A stretch of 57,898 nt of DNA, filler included, from Squatina squatina (Eukaryota): assembly GCA_031763465.1 (NCBI GenBank). It is 3 parts of 3 records of this genome, joined end to end, with 100 filler letters (N's around TTAATTAATTAA, not from the genome) between each part and the next. Parts side by side here need not be neighbours in the genome. Positions count along the whole stretch, not along the records: positions 13,396 to 27,687 come from JARFOE010000121.1; positions 27,788 to 57,898 come from JARFOE010000080.1; 1 more part is not named here. The stretch is one strand, 5' to 3'. Below, one piece after another: positions 23,961 through 34,576 of this stretch. The notes below the pieces were generated by a model, which saw nothing but the letters and a program-made list of their open reading frames with translations, made no database searches and was not told where the DNA came from. Position 1 is the first letter of the stretch; every line of letters begins with the position of its first letter. A program made the translations under genes and the position numbers.

Positions 23961-24607
23961 ATTTATGAGCGATCAGAATGTAATTTTGAGATTGCTGCCA
24001 TAACAAAACCACTCCTGTCTAATCCTGTTGCTTTTCTATGAGCACTGAGTTCTGAAAAAAACAATTTTCTGTTCAGTCCTTTTGGCCAGCAGACACTGTG
24101 TACTGTGCTTATCATTCAAAACTAACTGTAGCTAGAACATACAATGTAGAATGATAACACAATCATTTCGTAAACATGAGTCTGGAACAATGCACCCTTG
24201 TTCCATTGTCTGTTATGAGTGCAGTGCTCATCTTCAGATGCAGTAAGTGTGAAATGGCCAATTTATCATGCTGCGTAAATTTTATAATCAGTGAAACATT
24301 TATTAACTGAAACAGCCGCCATTTGAGTGATTCAATAACACCCATTTGAAAAACAATATAAGTATTGCTAAATTACACCAACACCTATTTTCATTGTTTG
24401 TGCAATACTTTCCCAATTAGGGATATGGAATACAGCACGATCCTGTTGAGGCAGTGTGGAATATTCTCTAAACATATAGGCTGAGAAAATTTAAGTTAGC
24501 AGAGTTTGTATTCTCGTGAAACATAAAGGGATCGATGTTTCCTGTTGGCAGGCCCCACTGGAACCCCCCCCCCACACCTCAAAATTACATTCTGATCGCT
24601 CACAAAT
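23961..24607. repeat. 30-bp inverted repeat pair (23961-23990, 24578-24607)
   Basis: ATTTATGAGCGATCAGAATGTAATTTTGAG versus CTCAAAATTACATTCTGATCGCTCACAAAT: 29/30 complementary. Confidence 0.9.
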
Positions 24608-25372
24608 TCATTTCTGATCAGGTTGTATGACATTGTGTGCATTTGATATGCATCTTTCTTAAAAACGAGGGTGCTTTGCTGTCTTCAAATACTTCGTATT
24701 ACCCAGCTATGACTGCCCATTCTCATCTGAATTTAAATCTAAGTTGTGGGAGTACTAAACGGGGAAACTAACTAGTTCTTATAGCATTGTACTGCTGCTT
24801 CAGGAAATATTAGCACACTATTCCATTCAAGGCTCTATGCGGGGTTGCAAAACTTCATGCCACCAAAATACACTTGCCCTAAATTGCCCTAAAAGAATGC
24901 TGTTATACTTTATATGTGCAGGACATCCTGCCCTGAGCTGACAATCACTGCCAGATTCTATGCGTGGAGCCTTGCTGTGAATATGTAATGAAAGATGACC
25001 ATAGAAGATTCATCCCTTGTGGAAGTTCAATTGGCTAACACCTATTAAGTCTTAGTTACACAGAATATGTTAGCTTAGCTTGGATCACGATTTGCTTCCA
25101 TTATTAAAACAAAATATTCCTCCAAATACTCCCAAAATCTGCACACTGGATTTAACCAAAGGGTAAAAGTGTGTGGTGCAATTCCAGCTTTCCTGTTTCC
25201 CAATTCCATAAACCAAGTGAACTAGATTCAAACAAGTTGCTTCAGAATAATTGCTAAGTTAACTGCAATGAAATAAAGATCAATACTCACATGAGAGAAA
25301 GGGTGAACACAATGCAAAGCAGTTAAAATATCACTTAATGGTGAGCAAATAATCAAGGCGTACACTTCAGTT

Positions 25373-25610
25373 ACATAGAAACATAGAAACATAGAAAATA
25401 GGTGCAAGAGTAGGCCATTAGGCCCTTCGCGCCNNNNNNNNNNNNNNNNNNNNNNNNNNNNNNNNNNNNNNNNNNNNNNNNNNNNNNNNNNNNNNNNNNN
25501 NNNNNNNNNNNNNNNNNNNNNNNNNNNNNNNNNTGATTTCGCCACTTTCCAAATGTGCTGCTATCACATCTTTAATAACTGACTCCAGCATTTTCCCCAC
25601 TACCGATGTT
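25373..25610 (-). mobile_element. CR1 LINE 3' end and RT fragment flanking a gap
   Basis: (acatagaa)n tail with gagtaggccatt; beyond the gap, VGKMLESVIKDVIAAHLE. Confidence 0.8.
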
Positions 25611-25629
25611 GCAGACTAAGGAAATACTA

Positions 25630-25897
25630 TACTGTCATCCTTTGGATAAGGTGTTACGCCAAAGCACAGATTTCCCGCTGAAGTTATGGAGGAAAGCATG
25701 CTGGTGTCTGGCCAATATTTCTCCCTCAACCAAATAACACCAAAACAAACCAAATTAACTGGTCATTTGTATTATTGCTGTTGTTGGTACAGAACAGATG
25801 TGACATTTGCCTATGTATTGCACTCTATAAAGAAATTAATTGCATGAAAACACTTTTGAGATTTCTGATGTGCTATGGCTCTATAGAAATGCAAGCA
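25630..25897 (+). mobile_element. Degenerate Deu-domain SINE
   Basis: ctggccaatatttctccctcaacc...ctggtcatt...ctatagaaatgcaag, similar to 7485-7757. Confidence 0.55.
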
Positions 25898-26833
25898 CCT
25901 TTACTTACACCTATATCTGGGTACATGGAAATTAGCAGAGGGTGTGCAAAAAGCTCATCGACAACAAATGGCCTTTAAGGGAGTCTGAAATACTGTATGC
26001 TCATTCCTGGATAATTAATTTGTAAACTGTGCAAATTGTTGCCACAATAAGATGTATTGTCTGCCTTCACTAATCGGCCAGAAGAATCTGTGGAATGAGA
26101 TGCTGCCTCTTAGGCCACTGAGCTTGGTTTGTCAATGAACACTCGTTATTGAACACAAAGATGCAAGTACATTCATAACTCTGTAATATACAATTATGGT
26201 TAGAAAATAATTTTGTGCCTCACTGTGTTATTGCAAAATACCACACTGTCCTTGCACTCTTACCCAGTCCCAGCTGGTTCAGACTGGCTGTTGATAGGAC
26301 TTTTCACAGTTCATTTTCATTTGCATACTAAGTTCATATCAAGGTTAAGGAGGAGTAATGCAGGATAAGTGTGCCTGTCAATATTATTAGAAAACATTTA
26401 GACAAACTCTGCTACAATATTTAGAACTAGCATTTTAGCAGTAACAATTTCATTCCTGCAATTCCAAAACAGATTATCTGTTGCAGAATATTATGACCAC
26501 TGAAATATGCAGCACGTACCAGCCTTTCAAATACAGTGGCATAATTTCTTTATAAAAAAAACACTTTCAAAGCATTAACTTAATAAAGAAATTGTGCATC
26601 CCAGTCAAAATATTAATTTATTTTTTTCTTTTTAGATACTTAAAGACCTGCTGTGCGTTTGCAGAAGTTTCTGTATTTATTTCAGAGTTGCAGCATTTTT
26701 TAATCCATACAGATATACTCTCCATTTCCTTTGNNNNNNNNNNNNNNNNNNNNNNNNNNNNNNNNNNNNNNNNNNNNNNNNNNNNNNNNNNNNNNNNNNN
26801 NNNNNNNNNNNNNNNNNNNNNNNNNNNNNNNNN

Positions 26834-26942
26834 TAAGTGAGTTTCTCAACTGAATTCCTGGATCCTGAAATAATGCCCATTTCCATTATCATCTGCTTCC
26901 AAACATCCTGTGCAGTGACTTTCTTATCATTAACCTCAACAT
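26834..26942 (-). CDS. Candidate exon running into a gap, gene unidentified
   Basis: Acceptor cttcttcacttaatcttcacatag; open frame VEVNDKKVTAQDVWKQMIMEMGIISGSRNSVEKLT. Confidence 0.25.
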
Positions 26943-27687
26943 CTATGTGAAGATTAAGTGAAGAAGTACAGATTTGAAAAGTAAATTTTCTGTGTTTTCA
27001 TTAACAAAAGGGACAGGGGCAATCCAGCATTTCTTTGCTGGTTGCCCAGTCATGAAACACCCCATGTACAAGTGGACAGTTTCATGAGCTGGCAGAATCA
27101 AGGATTTTGGTGCATCTGATCAATCCAAAAGCCAAACAACATGCAAATGGATAAAGGAGCTTCTTACAAGTATGACTCCAATATAAATCTAGACCTGGAG
27201 AGCTACTTCAGATCCAGCACCATTTATCTCTAACTAGGGGTTACCATTGTGGAGATCTGATATGATGTTACTATGCTAGTGGTCCTTTTACTTGACTCAA
27301 TGATGTTCTAGAGTAACCACTACAGACCTAGGACCTTTATCTGAAAGTTATATAATGTGAATTGTGCCTACATCACTTTGGGACAAGTTAATCAATGTGA
27401 TAATTGAACTTGGACCAAAATGCATTATGATAGGCAGGACCGGAATTTTACTTTAAGATGAAATTATTAATGCTTTGCTCAGCAGAGGAGAAAAAATGGT
27501 CGGCAAGGACCACAAAACCGTACTAATTCCAATTTAAATAGTTGTTGGCTCCATTAGAGCAAAGAGTAGATTGTTGAACTGATCCACATATCTGTAATAC
27601 AATCCCTAGAGTTACAATTTTCTTGAATTAGAAGTAAATAGCCCCATTTATAGTTTATCCTTGTAGAGAGTGCATTCAGCTTGGGCC

Positions 27688-27787
27688 NNNNNNNNNNNNN
27701 NNNNNNNNNNNNNNNNNNNNNNNNNNNNNNNTTAATTAATTAANNNNNNNNNNNNNNNNNNNNNNNNNNNNNNNNNNNNNNNNNNNN
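27688..27787. other. Artificial contig linker: 44 N + TTAATTAATTAA + 44 N
   Basis: Identical construct; the 12-mer is at 27732-27743. Confidence 0.95.
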
Positions 27788-27831
27788 ACAAGCAAAAAAA
27801 GTTTTTTTTTTTTAAAAATTACAAAATTCAC

Positions 27832-27992
27832 CTGATTTTAGACAGATGACTAAACTCTATTCCTATGCAATTCACATTCCCGTCTGTCAATTGCACCCGC
27901 AACATCCTTGGCGCAGCTGGAGACTCCTCGTGATCTTTTGGAGCAGATATGTTCCTGATCTTCTGTAGTTGCAAGACACATGGACCTTCAAG
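27832..27992 (-). CDS. TDRD3: Internal exon of Tudor domain-containing protein 3 (OB-fold region)
   Basis: Minus strand reads ttttttttag|CTTGAAGGT...AAAATCAG|gtgaat, 161 nt. Translates [53 protein letters not shown](S), closely matching the vertebrate TDRD3 OB-fold as I recall it. Confidence 0.95.
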
Positions 27993-28654
27993 CTAAAAAA
28001 AAGTTATGGAAGAGTGATTATGTGATTTAGAGAAAATAAATTTCAAATAAAAGCTTTCAGTTGCCACATTAACAGAAATGTAAACTTAAATAACACTGGA
28101 AACATTCTCAATTACACATTAAAACAGATTTTAATGTTTAAGCAAAAGGAAAACATCAAACATAAAATATTTCTCAAAAATGCTGCAAACTCATTATTTA
28201 AATAAAGCCATTTCATAAGGATACGTTTCATATATCTTAAAATAGTAAGCACAAAACACTTCTCTCTGCTGCTGAAATTCTTCAACTCGTTAAAGAAAAA
28301 CAGGCCTCAAAACAGCACAGCACAACAAATTTATTCTGAAGTGGCTCAGTTGTAAGGCCATTTTATTTTTGGATTGCCAACTTGTCTTGGGCAATGTTCA
28401 GTAACTGCTTTTTGGAAAAGCGTAGGTTCCTTGTCTGCCTTCCCCGTCAGAATAGTGTTAAGCTACTCTGGTGCACAAAAGGGGAGAAAAAGTAATGGAA
28501 AGGTTAATGTCAGCTAAGAAAAAAAAGTTGTAAACTGGAAAATCCATTTAACTAAGATTATAAATAAAACCCACAAAATAGAATGGTCTCAAGTTTTCCA
28601 TAGAAGATGTTTTCAACAATATAGAAGAATGGATGATGTGCTGGGATACTCCTC

Positions 28655-29001
28655 TTCTTAGGCAGTCCCTTGCAGTCGAGGATGACTTGCTTCTGCTCCG
28701 GAGTTGTGGGTTCTGGGGTGACTAAATAGTCCTATACTGGTGGGGCAGGTGGTGTTTGATGGGGCAGGTGGTGTTTGATGGGGCAGGTGGTGTTTGATGC
28801 TCAGATTTTCGCATGCTCCTTCCGCTGCTTGTGCTTGGCCTCCACGTGCTCCTGCCGGAGAAGCTCGAAGTGATTGGCATCTTTGCGGATGCTTCTCCTC
28901 CAATTCGGGCAGTCTTGGGCCAGAGATTCCCATGAGTTGGTGGGGATGTTACATTTTTTCAGGGAGGCTTTGAGGATGTCCTTGAAGCGTTTCCTCTGCC
29001 C
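28655..29001 (-). mobile_element. RTE LINE 3' end with an internal 19-bp triplication
   Basis: Homologous to 3470-3852; ggggcaggtggtgtttgat occurs three times at 28742-28798. Confidence 0.85.
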
Positions 29002-29101
29002 NNNNNNNNNNNNNNNNNNNNNNNNNNNNNNNNNNNNNNNNNNNNNNNNNNNNNNNNNNNNNNNNNNNNNNNNNNNNNNNNNNNNNNNNNNNNNNNNNNN
29101 N

Positions 29102-29781
29102 TTGAGTGTGTGGAGCAGATGGAGGGAGAGTAAGTGTGTGGAGCAGAGGGAGGGAGGGTGAATGTGTGGAGCAGATGGGGGAAAGTGAGTGTCTGGAGCA
29201 GAGGGAGGGAGGCTGAGCGTGGGGAGCAGAGGGAGGGAGGTGAGTGTACAGAGGGAAGGAGGGTGAGTGTGTGGAGCAGAGGGAGCGAGGTTGGAGTGGA
29301 GCAGAGGGAGGGTGAGTATCTGAGCAGAGGGAGAGTGAGTGTGGAACAGAGGGAGGGAGGGTGAGTGTGTGTAGCAGAGGGAGGGAGGGTGAGTGTGTGT
29401 AGCAGAGGGAGGGAGGGTGAGTGTCTGGAGCAGAGGGAGGGAGGGTGAGTGTGGGGCAGATGGAGGGAGGGTGAGTGTGTGAAGCCGAGGGAGGGAGGGT
29501 GAATGTCTGCAGCAGAGGGAGGGAGGGTGAGTGAGTAGCCGAGGGAAGGAGGGTGAGTGTACAGAGGGAAGGAGGGTGAGTGTGTGGAGCAGAGGGAGGG
29601 AGGGTGAGTGTGGAGCAGAGGGAGGGAGGGTGAGTGTGGAGCAGAGCGAGGGAGGGTGAGTGTGGAGCAGAGGGAGAGAGGCTGAGTGTCTGGAGCAGAG
29701 GGAGGGAGGGTGAGTGTGGGGCAGATGGAGGCAGGGTGAGTGTGGAGCAGAGGGAGGGAGGGTGAGTGTGTGGAGCAGAGG
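29102..29781. repeat. G-rich minisatellite, unit about 26-28 bp
   Basis: About 25 variants of GAGCAGAGGGAGGGAGGGTGAGTGTGTG; explains the long Pro/His/Ser ORFs in the track. Confidence 0.95.
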
Positions 29782-29830
29782 GATATTGATAGGTTAGGTG
29801 AGTGGGCAAAAAGTTGGCAAATGGAGTATA
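29775..29830 (+). mobile_element. CR1 RT fragment
   Basis: QRDIDRLGEWAKSWQMEY. Confidence 0.75.
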
Positions 29831-30109
29831 NNNNNNNNNNNNNNNNNNNNNNNNNNNNNNNNNNNNNNNNNNNNNNNNNNNNNNNNNNNNNNNNNNNNNN
29901 NNNNNNNNNNNNNNNNNNNNNNNNNNNNNNCATTTTAAGTGATATCTAATAAAGTGGAAATTAATATCTACTGAAAATTCTTAAATATTGAATTGAATTA
30001 TGATTTTCTTTTGTTGAGACTTATTCAACAGTGTGCTGTGATATAAATTTCTGTCACCGTTTTCCACCTTCCAATATTTTAGCATGGTGGTTGAATTTTT
30101 TTTTTCCAG

Positions 30110-30184
30110 TTGGGTCGGAAGCTTTGGAAATGAAGGCTTGGGTCAGCTGTTGGATATCCTGGAGAAATTACTCAATAAGAAGCA
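30110..30184 (+). CDS. DIAPH3: DIAPH3 exon, GBD/DID region
   Basis: ttttttccag|...|gtaagt; (S)WVGSFGNEGLGQLLDILEKLLNKK(H); diaphanous GBD motif, phase-compatible with the next exon. Confidence 0.93.
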
Positions 30185-30292
30185 GTAAGTACAGTTTCTA
30201 GGGCTACATTTTAAGTTCGCCAACCATGTGCATATTGAAATCACATTTGCTTTCTGAACTATAATGAAATTGTGTTTTATCCTTTATGACAG

Positions 30293-30362
30293 TCAAGAAA
30301 AAAATGAGCGCAAGAGCCAACATAAAGTGATTCAGTGTTTGAGAGCATTCATGAATAACAAG
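30293..30362 (+). CDS. DIAPH3: DIAPH3 exon, GBD/DID region
   Basis: tttatgacag|...|gtaact; QEKNERKSQHKVIQCLRAFMNNK (diaphanous IQCLxAFMNNK motif). Confidence 0.93.
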
Positions 30363-31069
30363 GTAACTTGTTTGTTTAATGGTGCTGTTTCGTGCCGTAT
30401 TTTTTCACATCTTTAAAGTATCGCAAGATTTTTTGCCTTTTTAAGTTATAATTTAATAATCTTCCCTTACAAGCTTGATGTGTAAAGTTCTAATGCTGAT
30501 TGTCCTTTAAAGGCCAGTGAAAGGAACTGCTGGAGATAAAATGGAGAAATGGAAAAATCGAGTGTAGATTTTGATGAAGTGCAAAAATTCTACATGAAAG
30601 ACTGCCAAATTTGACTTGAAATTATTGGTGTACATNNNNNNNNNNACATAACTTGATGTTTACATTGATAACGATAACTAATGAAAGTATGATACTGTGA
30701 ATAATCTTTGCAATTTATTTATCCTTTTGCCCAATTCTGAAAATGAAGACCATGCTGCAAAAGCAGCAGATAAATTGAGCTGCAATTAATGGAATGCAAT
30801 AAACCCTTTTAGCAGCTTTAGAAAATAAAAGCAAATATATATTTATTTCGTATTGATTGCAAATTACTCAGTAAGCCTGAAAAAGTAGTTTTGTGACTAA
30901 TATAAAATAAATGTGCCACCTCACTAATTTTAGTATGGATTGGACAGAATCTTGGGAGAAGAACGAAGTNNNNNNNNNNNNNNNNNNNNNNNNNNNNNNN
31001 NNNNNNNNNNNNNNNNNNNNNNNNNNNNNNNNNNNNNNNNNNNNNNNNNNNNNNNNNNNNNNNNNNNNN

Positions 31070-31594
31070 CTTCCATAAACTTAAGGTCATCCAAAACTCT
31101 GCTGCCCGTGTCCTAACTCGCACCAAGTCCCGTTCACCCATCACCCCTGTACTCGCTGACCCAACATTGGCTCTCGGTTAGGCAACACCTTGATTTTAAA
31201 ATTCTCAAATCTTTGTTTTTAAATCCCTCCATGGCCTCATTCTACCTTACCTCTGTAATCTCTTTCAGCCCTACAACCCTCCGAGATATCTGCGGTCCTC
31301 TAATTCTGCCCTCTTGAGCATCCCCGATCTTAATCGCTCCACCATTGGTGGCCGTGTCTTCAGCTGCCTAGGACCTAAGCTCTGGAATTCCCTGCCTAAA
31401 CCTCTCCATCTCTCTACCTCTCTCTGCTCCTTTAAGATGCTCCTTAAAACCTACCTCTTTGACGAAGCTTTTGGCCATCTATCCTCGTATCTCCTTATGT
31501 GGCTCGATATCAAATTTTGTTTTATAACGCTCCTGTGAAGTACCTTGGGACGTTTTACTACATTATAGGTTCTATATAAATACAAGTTGTTGTT
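31070..31594 (+). mobile_element. L2 LINE 3' end
   Basis: IQNSAARVLTRTKSRSPITPVLA...GGRVFSCLGPKLWNSLP...FKMLLKTYLF; tail gtgaagtaccttgggacg...tatataaatacaag(ttg)n. Confidence 0.88.
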
Positions 31595-33232
31595 GGTAAA
31601 AACACCCAAAGTGGCTCTTGTACCTCCTAATCAGCCAGATCAAGGGCCTCATTGGCAGAGACCTTGGTAGCAGGACATTTGCCCTATCTCCTCTTTTCAG
31701 CCAATGAATGGTGTTTGGCAAAGGGTAGGTGAATTCTTCAAGAGGGACAGAAATAAATTATGAAGGAAAATGGGGATGAATAATTAATAATGTAAAATAT
31801 AATAAAGGTCATTGGAAGGAGGACACAAACATCTCAGTGTTTGTTACATTTCAAAACCAAAAATTAATTAAAATGTTCCAAAAAATTTAATCAAACAGCA
31901 TTAATGGAGGAAAGTAATGATGTAATCATTAGGTTTGAATTGAGTGAATGGAAATGAGGAGGGCAGAGGGATCACATGGAATCTTTACTTAAATTTTTTG
32001 TTAAATATTGTCTTTCAATTCAGTGAACAAAGAATCGCATTACAGTTCTCCCAAGATGCAGTATGCTTTGTCTTTTGTGCTGCTTCTGTTACAAGTTGTG
32101 TGAGGTTCTAGCTTATGTCACATATGTTATGAATCTGTGTTTATTTCAAAACTGAGATTGGAAGGATACCCTGTGTGGCACTGCGTCTAAAAGAATCAAC
32201 ATATTCTGTTTGCTCAAGTATTGATTTACCTCCGTGCAAGTAATGGAAAACAGATTATAACTGTCTTGATTATGGTCATGCTCAGTAATAGCTAAAATAA
32301 AGAGCTATGGTCATGTGCAACAATGTGCTTCAATAATGGGAGGGACAGGGTATTTGGAATAGTGGTAAAAGTATATGTGTTGCCTTGTGTTGATGAGTTG
32401 ACCAAAAACTTCAAGCATAGAAATGGGACGTCGTAGGCATGGGAGTAGGCCATTCAGCCCATCGAGCCTGGTTCGTCATCGTCCCATAATCCTCACTACC
32501 ATTGCCTAACAACAATCTATCGAACTCCGTTTTATGAAGTGGAGAGGTAGTAATTAGTGAAGGCGGAAATAACGAAGAAATTAATATTGTTTTATAGTAA
32601 AAGTAGAAAAGCAAATGAGACTCCATGAAATGGATCTTGTATTACTGCTCAGCCTACTTTTATAGCTCCTATTTTAGATATAATAGTGTACTAATGTCAT
32701 ACATATTGTCCAGCTGAAAGGTTGGTTTGGCTGAGACTGAATCTCCATAACATATGTTGCCGAGACTCCAAATAGGAGTGGTGAGACTGTCTATTCAGGT
32801 TCTACATTTATTTTAAATTGTGTCCAGCATTTACCTTTCAGTGTCTTCTCTGTTAACCCATTCCTTTTATGTGAGATTTGAAACATTGACATTCAGCCAA
32901 CAAGCAAGGAAATGGATTCAGGCGGCAATAAAGAGTATGGAGGTGGCATCCTGTCGTTTCATGTCATTGCATGGCTGATGCAAAAAATATAACAGTAAAT
33001 TGGTTTAAAAAGCAAATCGTACAATCTTGGTTATTTGCAATTAAATTTCAAATTAAGTTCATGTGCATACATGCAGTTGTTGAAATGGTAAAAGAGTATT
33101 TATTGTTCTCGCTCCTGAACTCCAGTCTGAAAAAAGTTATTCAATTTCTACCTCGATATTATTAATTTGTCTCTTAATATGTTGTATGAATTAGACTGAC
33201 ATGCGTGACTCTTGCTAATTTATTTTCCACAG

Positions 33233-33351
33233 AAGTTGAGATTAATTAAAAATGATGCACTGGATATCCAGCTAAAAGTATTTGATGAGCACAAAGAAGA
33301 AGACATGATTGAGTTTTCACATCGCTTGGAAGATATTCGATCTGAACTAGA
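33233..33351 (+). CDS. DIAPH3: DIAPH3 exon, FH3/dimerisation region, followed by a U12-type intron
   Basis: ttttccacag|AAGTTGAGA...GAACTAGA|atatccttt; KLRLIKNDALDIQLKVFDEHKEEDMIEFSHRLEDIRSEL(D). DEHKEED and HRLEDIR favour DIAPH3 over DIAPH2. Confidence 0.95.
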
Positions 33352-33360
33352 ATATCCTTT
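33352..33360 (+). promoter_or_regulatory. U12-type (AT-AC) 5' splice site
   Basis: ATATCCTTT matches the minor-spliceosome donor consensus RTATCCTTT exactly where protein similarity ends; no GT donor at that position. Confidence 0.9.
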
Positions 33361-33577
33361 TTTTTGCAGAACAGGATTGCCATAACCATTCTGTAAACTG
33401 ACATATTATTACAGATCAGAGCAAAAATATCACCTGCAATGGTTTATCATAGGATAAGTAGTGCAAGATATATTTTCTTTGGAAAATGCTCTAAGCTGTG
33501 TACAGAAATTCTAAACGTTGTGAGACTTAATGGATGCGGGTGAAGGAAAGACTTTCCTTGATGAGTGAAAATCTTTT

Positions 33578-33905
33578 AGAACATAAGAATTAGGAGCAGG
33601 AGTAGGCCATTCGNNNNNNNNNNNNNNNNNNNNNNNNNNNNNNNNNNNNNNNNNNNNNNNNNNNNNNNNNNNNNNNNNNNNNNNNNNNNNNNNNNNNNNN
33701 NNNNNNNNNNNNNTCACCAACCTGTGTGGGACCTTATCGAAAGCATTCTGAAAATCCAATACACCACACCCACTGGTTCCCCCTTATCTATTCTACTCGT
33801 TACATCCGCAATAAACTCCAATAGGTTTGTCAAACATGATTTCCCTTTCATATCCCTGACTCTGCCCAGTCATATTATTTTCTAAATGTCCTGTTATCAC
33901 ATCCA
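33578..33905 (-). mobile_element. CR1 LINE 3' end and RT fragment flanking a gap
   Basis: agaacataagaattaggagcaggagtaggccattcg, then DFQNAFDKVPHRL beyond the gap. Confidence 0.82.
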
Positions 33906-34457
33906 GGTTGTGGCTGCAGATTGATATTACTTTGGTAGACTTACCTGTCTACAAAAGTAAAATGAAAGAGGCAATATGTTAGATTACCATTTTATAAATA
34001 TGGTAACCCCTATTCGTGCAAGAGGTATTCTTCCAGTTTATATCTTTTTTCTGTTTTGGTATAGTTTGGAGGTTTTCTTTGGCTGTGATGTCTCCATACT
34101 ATTGTTGTTGCACTGGATCTTCATGCTGTTACCTTTGGTCAGAGAGCTAAAGACATGTAGCAAAAAAAGTCCTTCTGGATAGCAGAGTGGAGAGATATCA
34201 CTGAACTGTTAAGTACACAAATCTCATTTGGAATAGAGATCAAGTGATATCACTGTGGGATGTTGGCAGTTCTTACCTGTACATGGAAAGCGAACTTGTT
34301 TGAAAGAATGAAGAAAACAGACATGGTTGATAATCTTAACACTAATGATCACAGTACTATTCTGCATATTAATGTTGGGCATAACCAGAGCAATCTGTGT
34401 ATTTCAGGTTCACTCTATTAAGTAAATTGATTTATTTTGCTTCCATTTGTGTTGCAG

Positions 34458-34576
34458 GCCACAGTATTTCAAGATAATAGAAGAATGTGTTTCCCAGATA
34501 GTGTTACACCGCAGTGGCATGGATCCTGACTTTACATACCGCAAACGATTAGATGTAGATTTTAGTCACCTTGTAG
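34458..34576 (+). CDS. DIAPH3: DIAPH3 exon, dimerisation domain
   Basis: gtgttgcag|...|gtgagt; (R)PQYFKIIEECVSQIVLHRSGMDPDFTYRKRLDVDFSHLV(D). Confidence 0.95.

Noticed and set aside
28949-29933. Long 286-324 aa Pro/His/Ser-rich ORFs
   Set aside because: They are translations of the minisatellite and run through N gaps.
30110-30362. Assignment to DIAPH2 because of LLNKK...AFMNNK
   Set aside because: Other exons (DEHKEED, DFTYRKRLD, post-DAD exon) and the TDRD3 neighbour fit DIAPH3 better; a phylogeny would confirm.
34325-34360. tcttaac as the U12 branch point of the AT-AC intron
   Set aside because: No DIAPH3-like coding sequence follows; the expected exon is missing and the exon at 34458 uses a normal AG acceptor.
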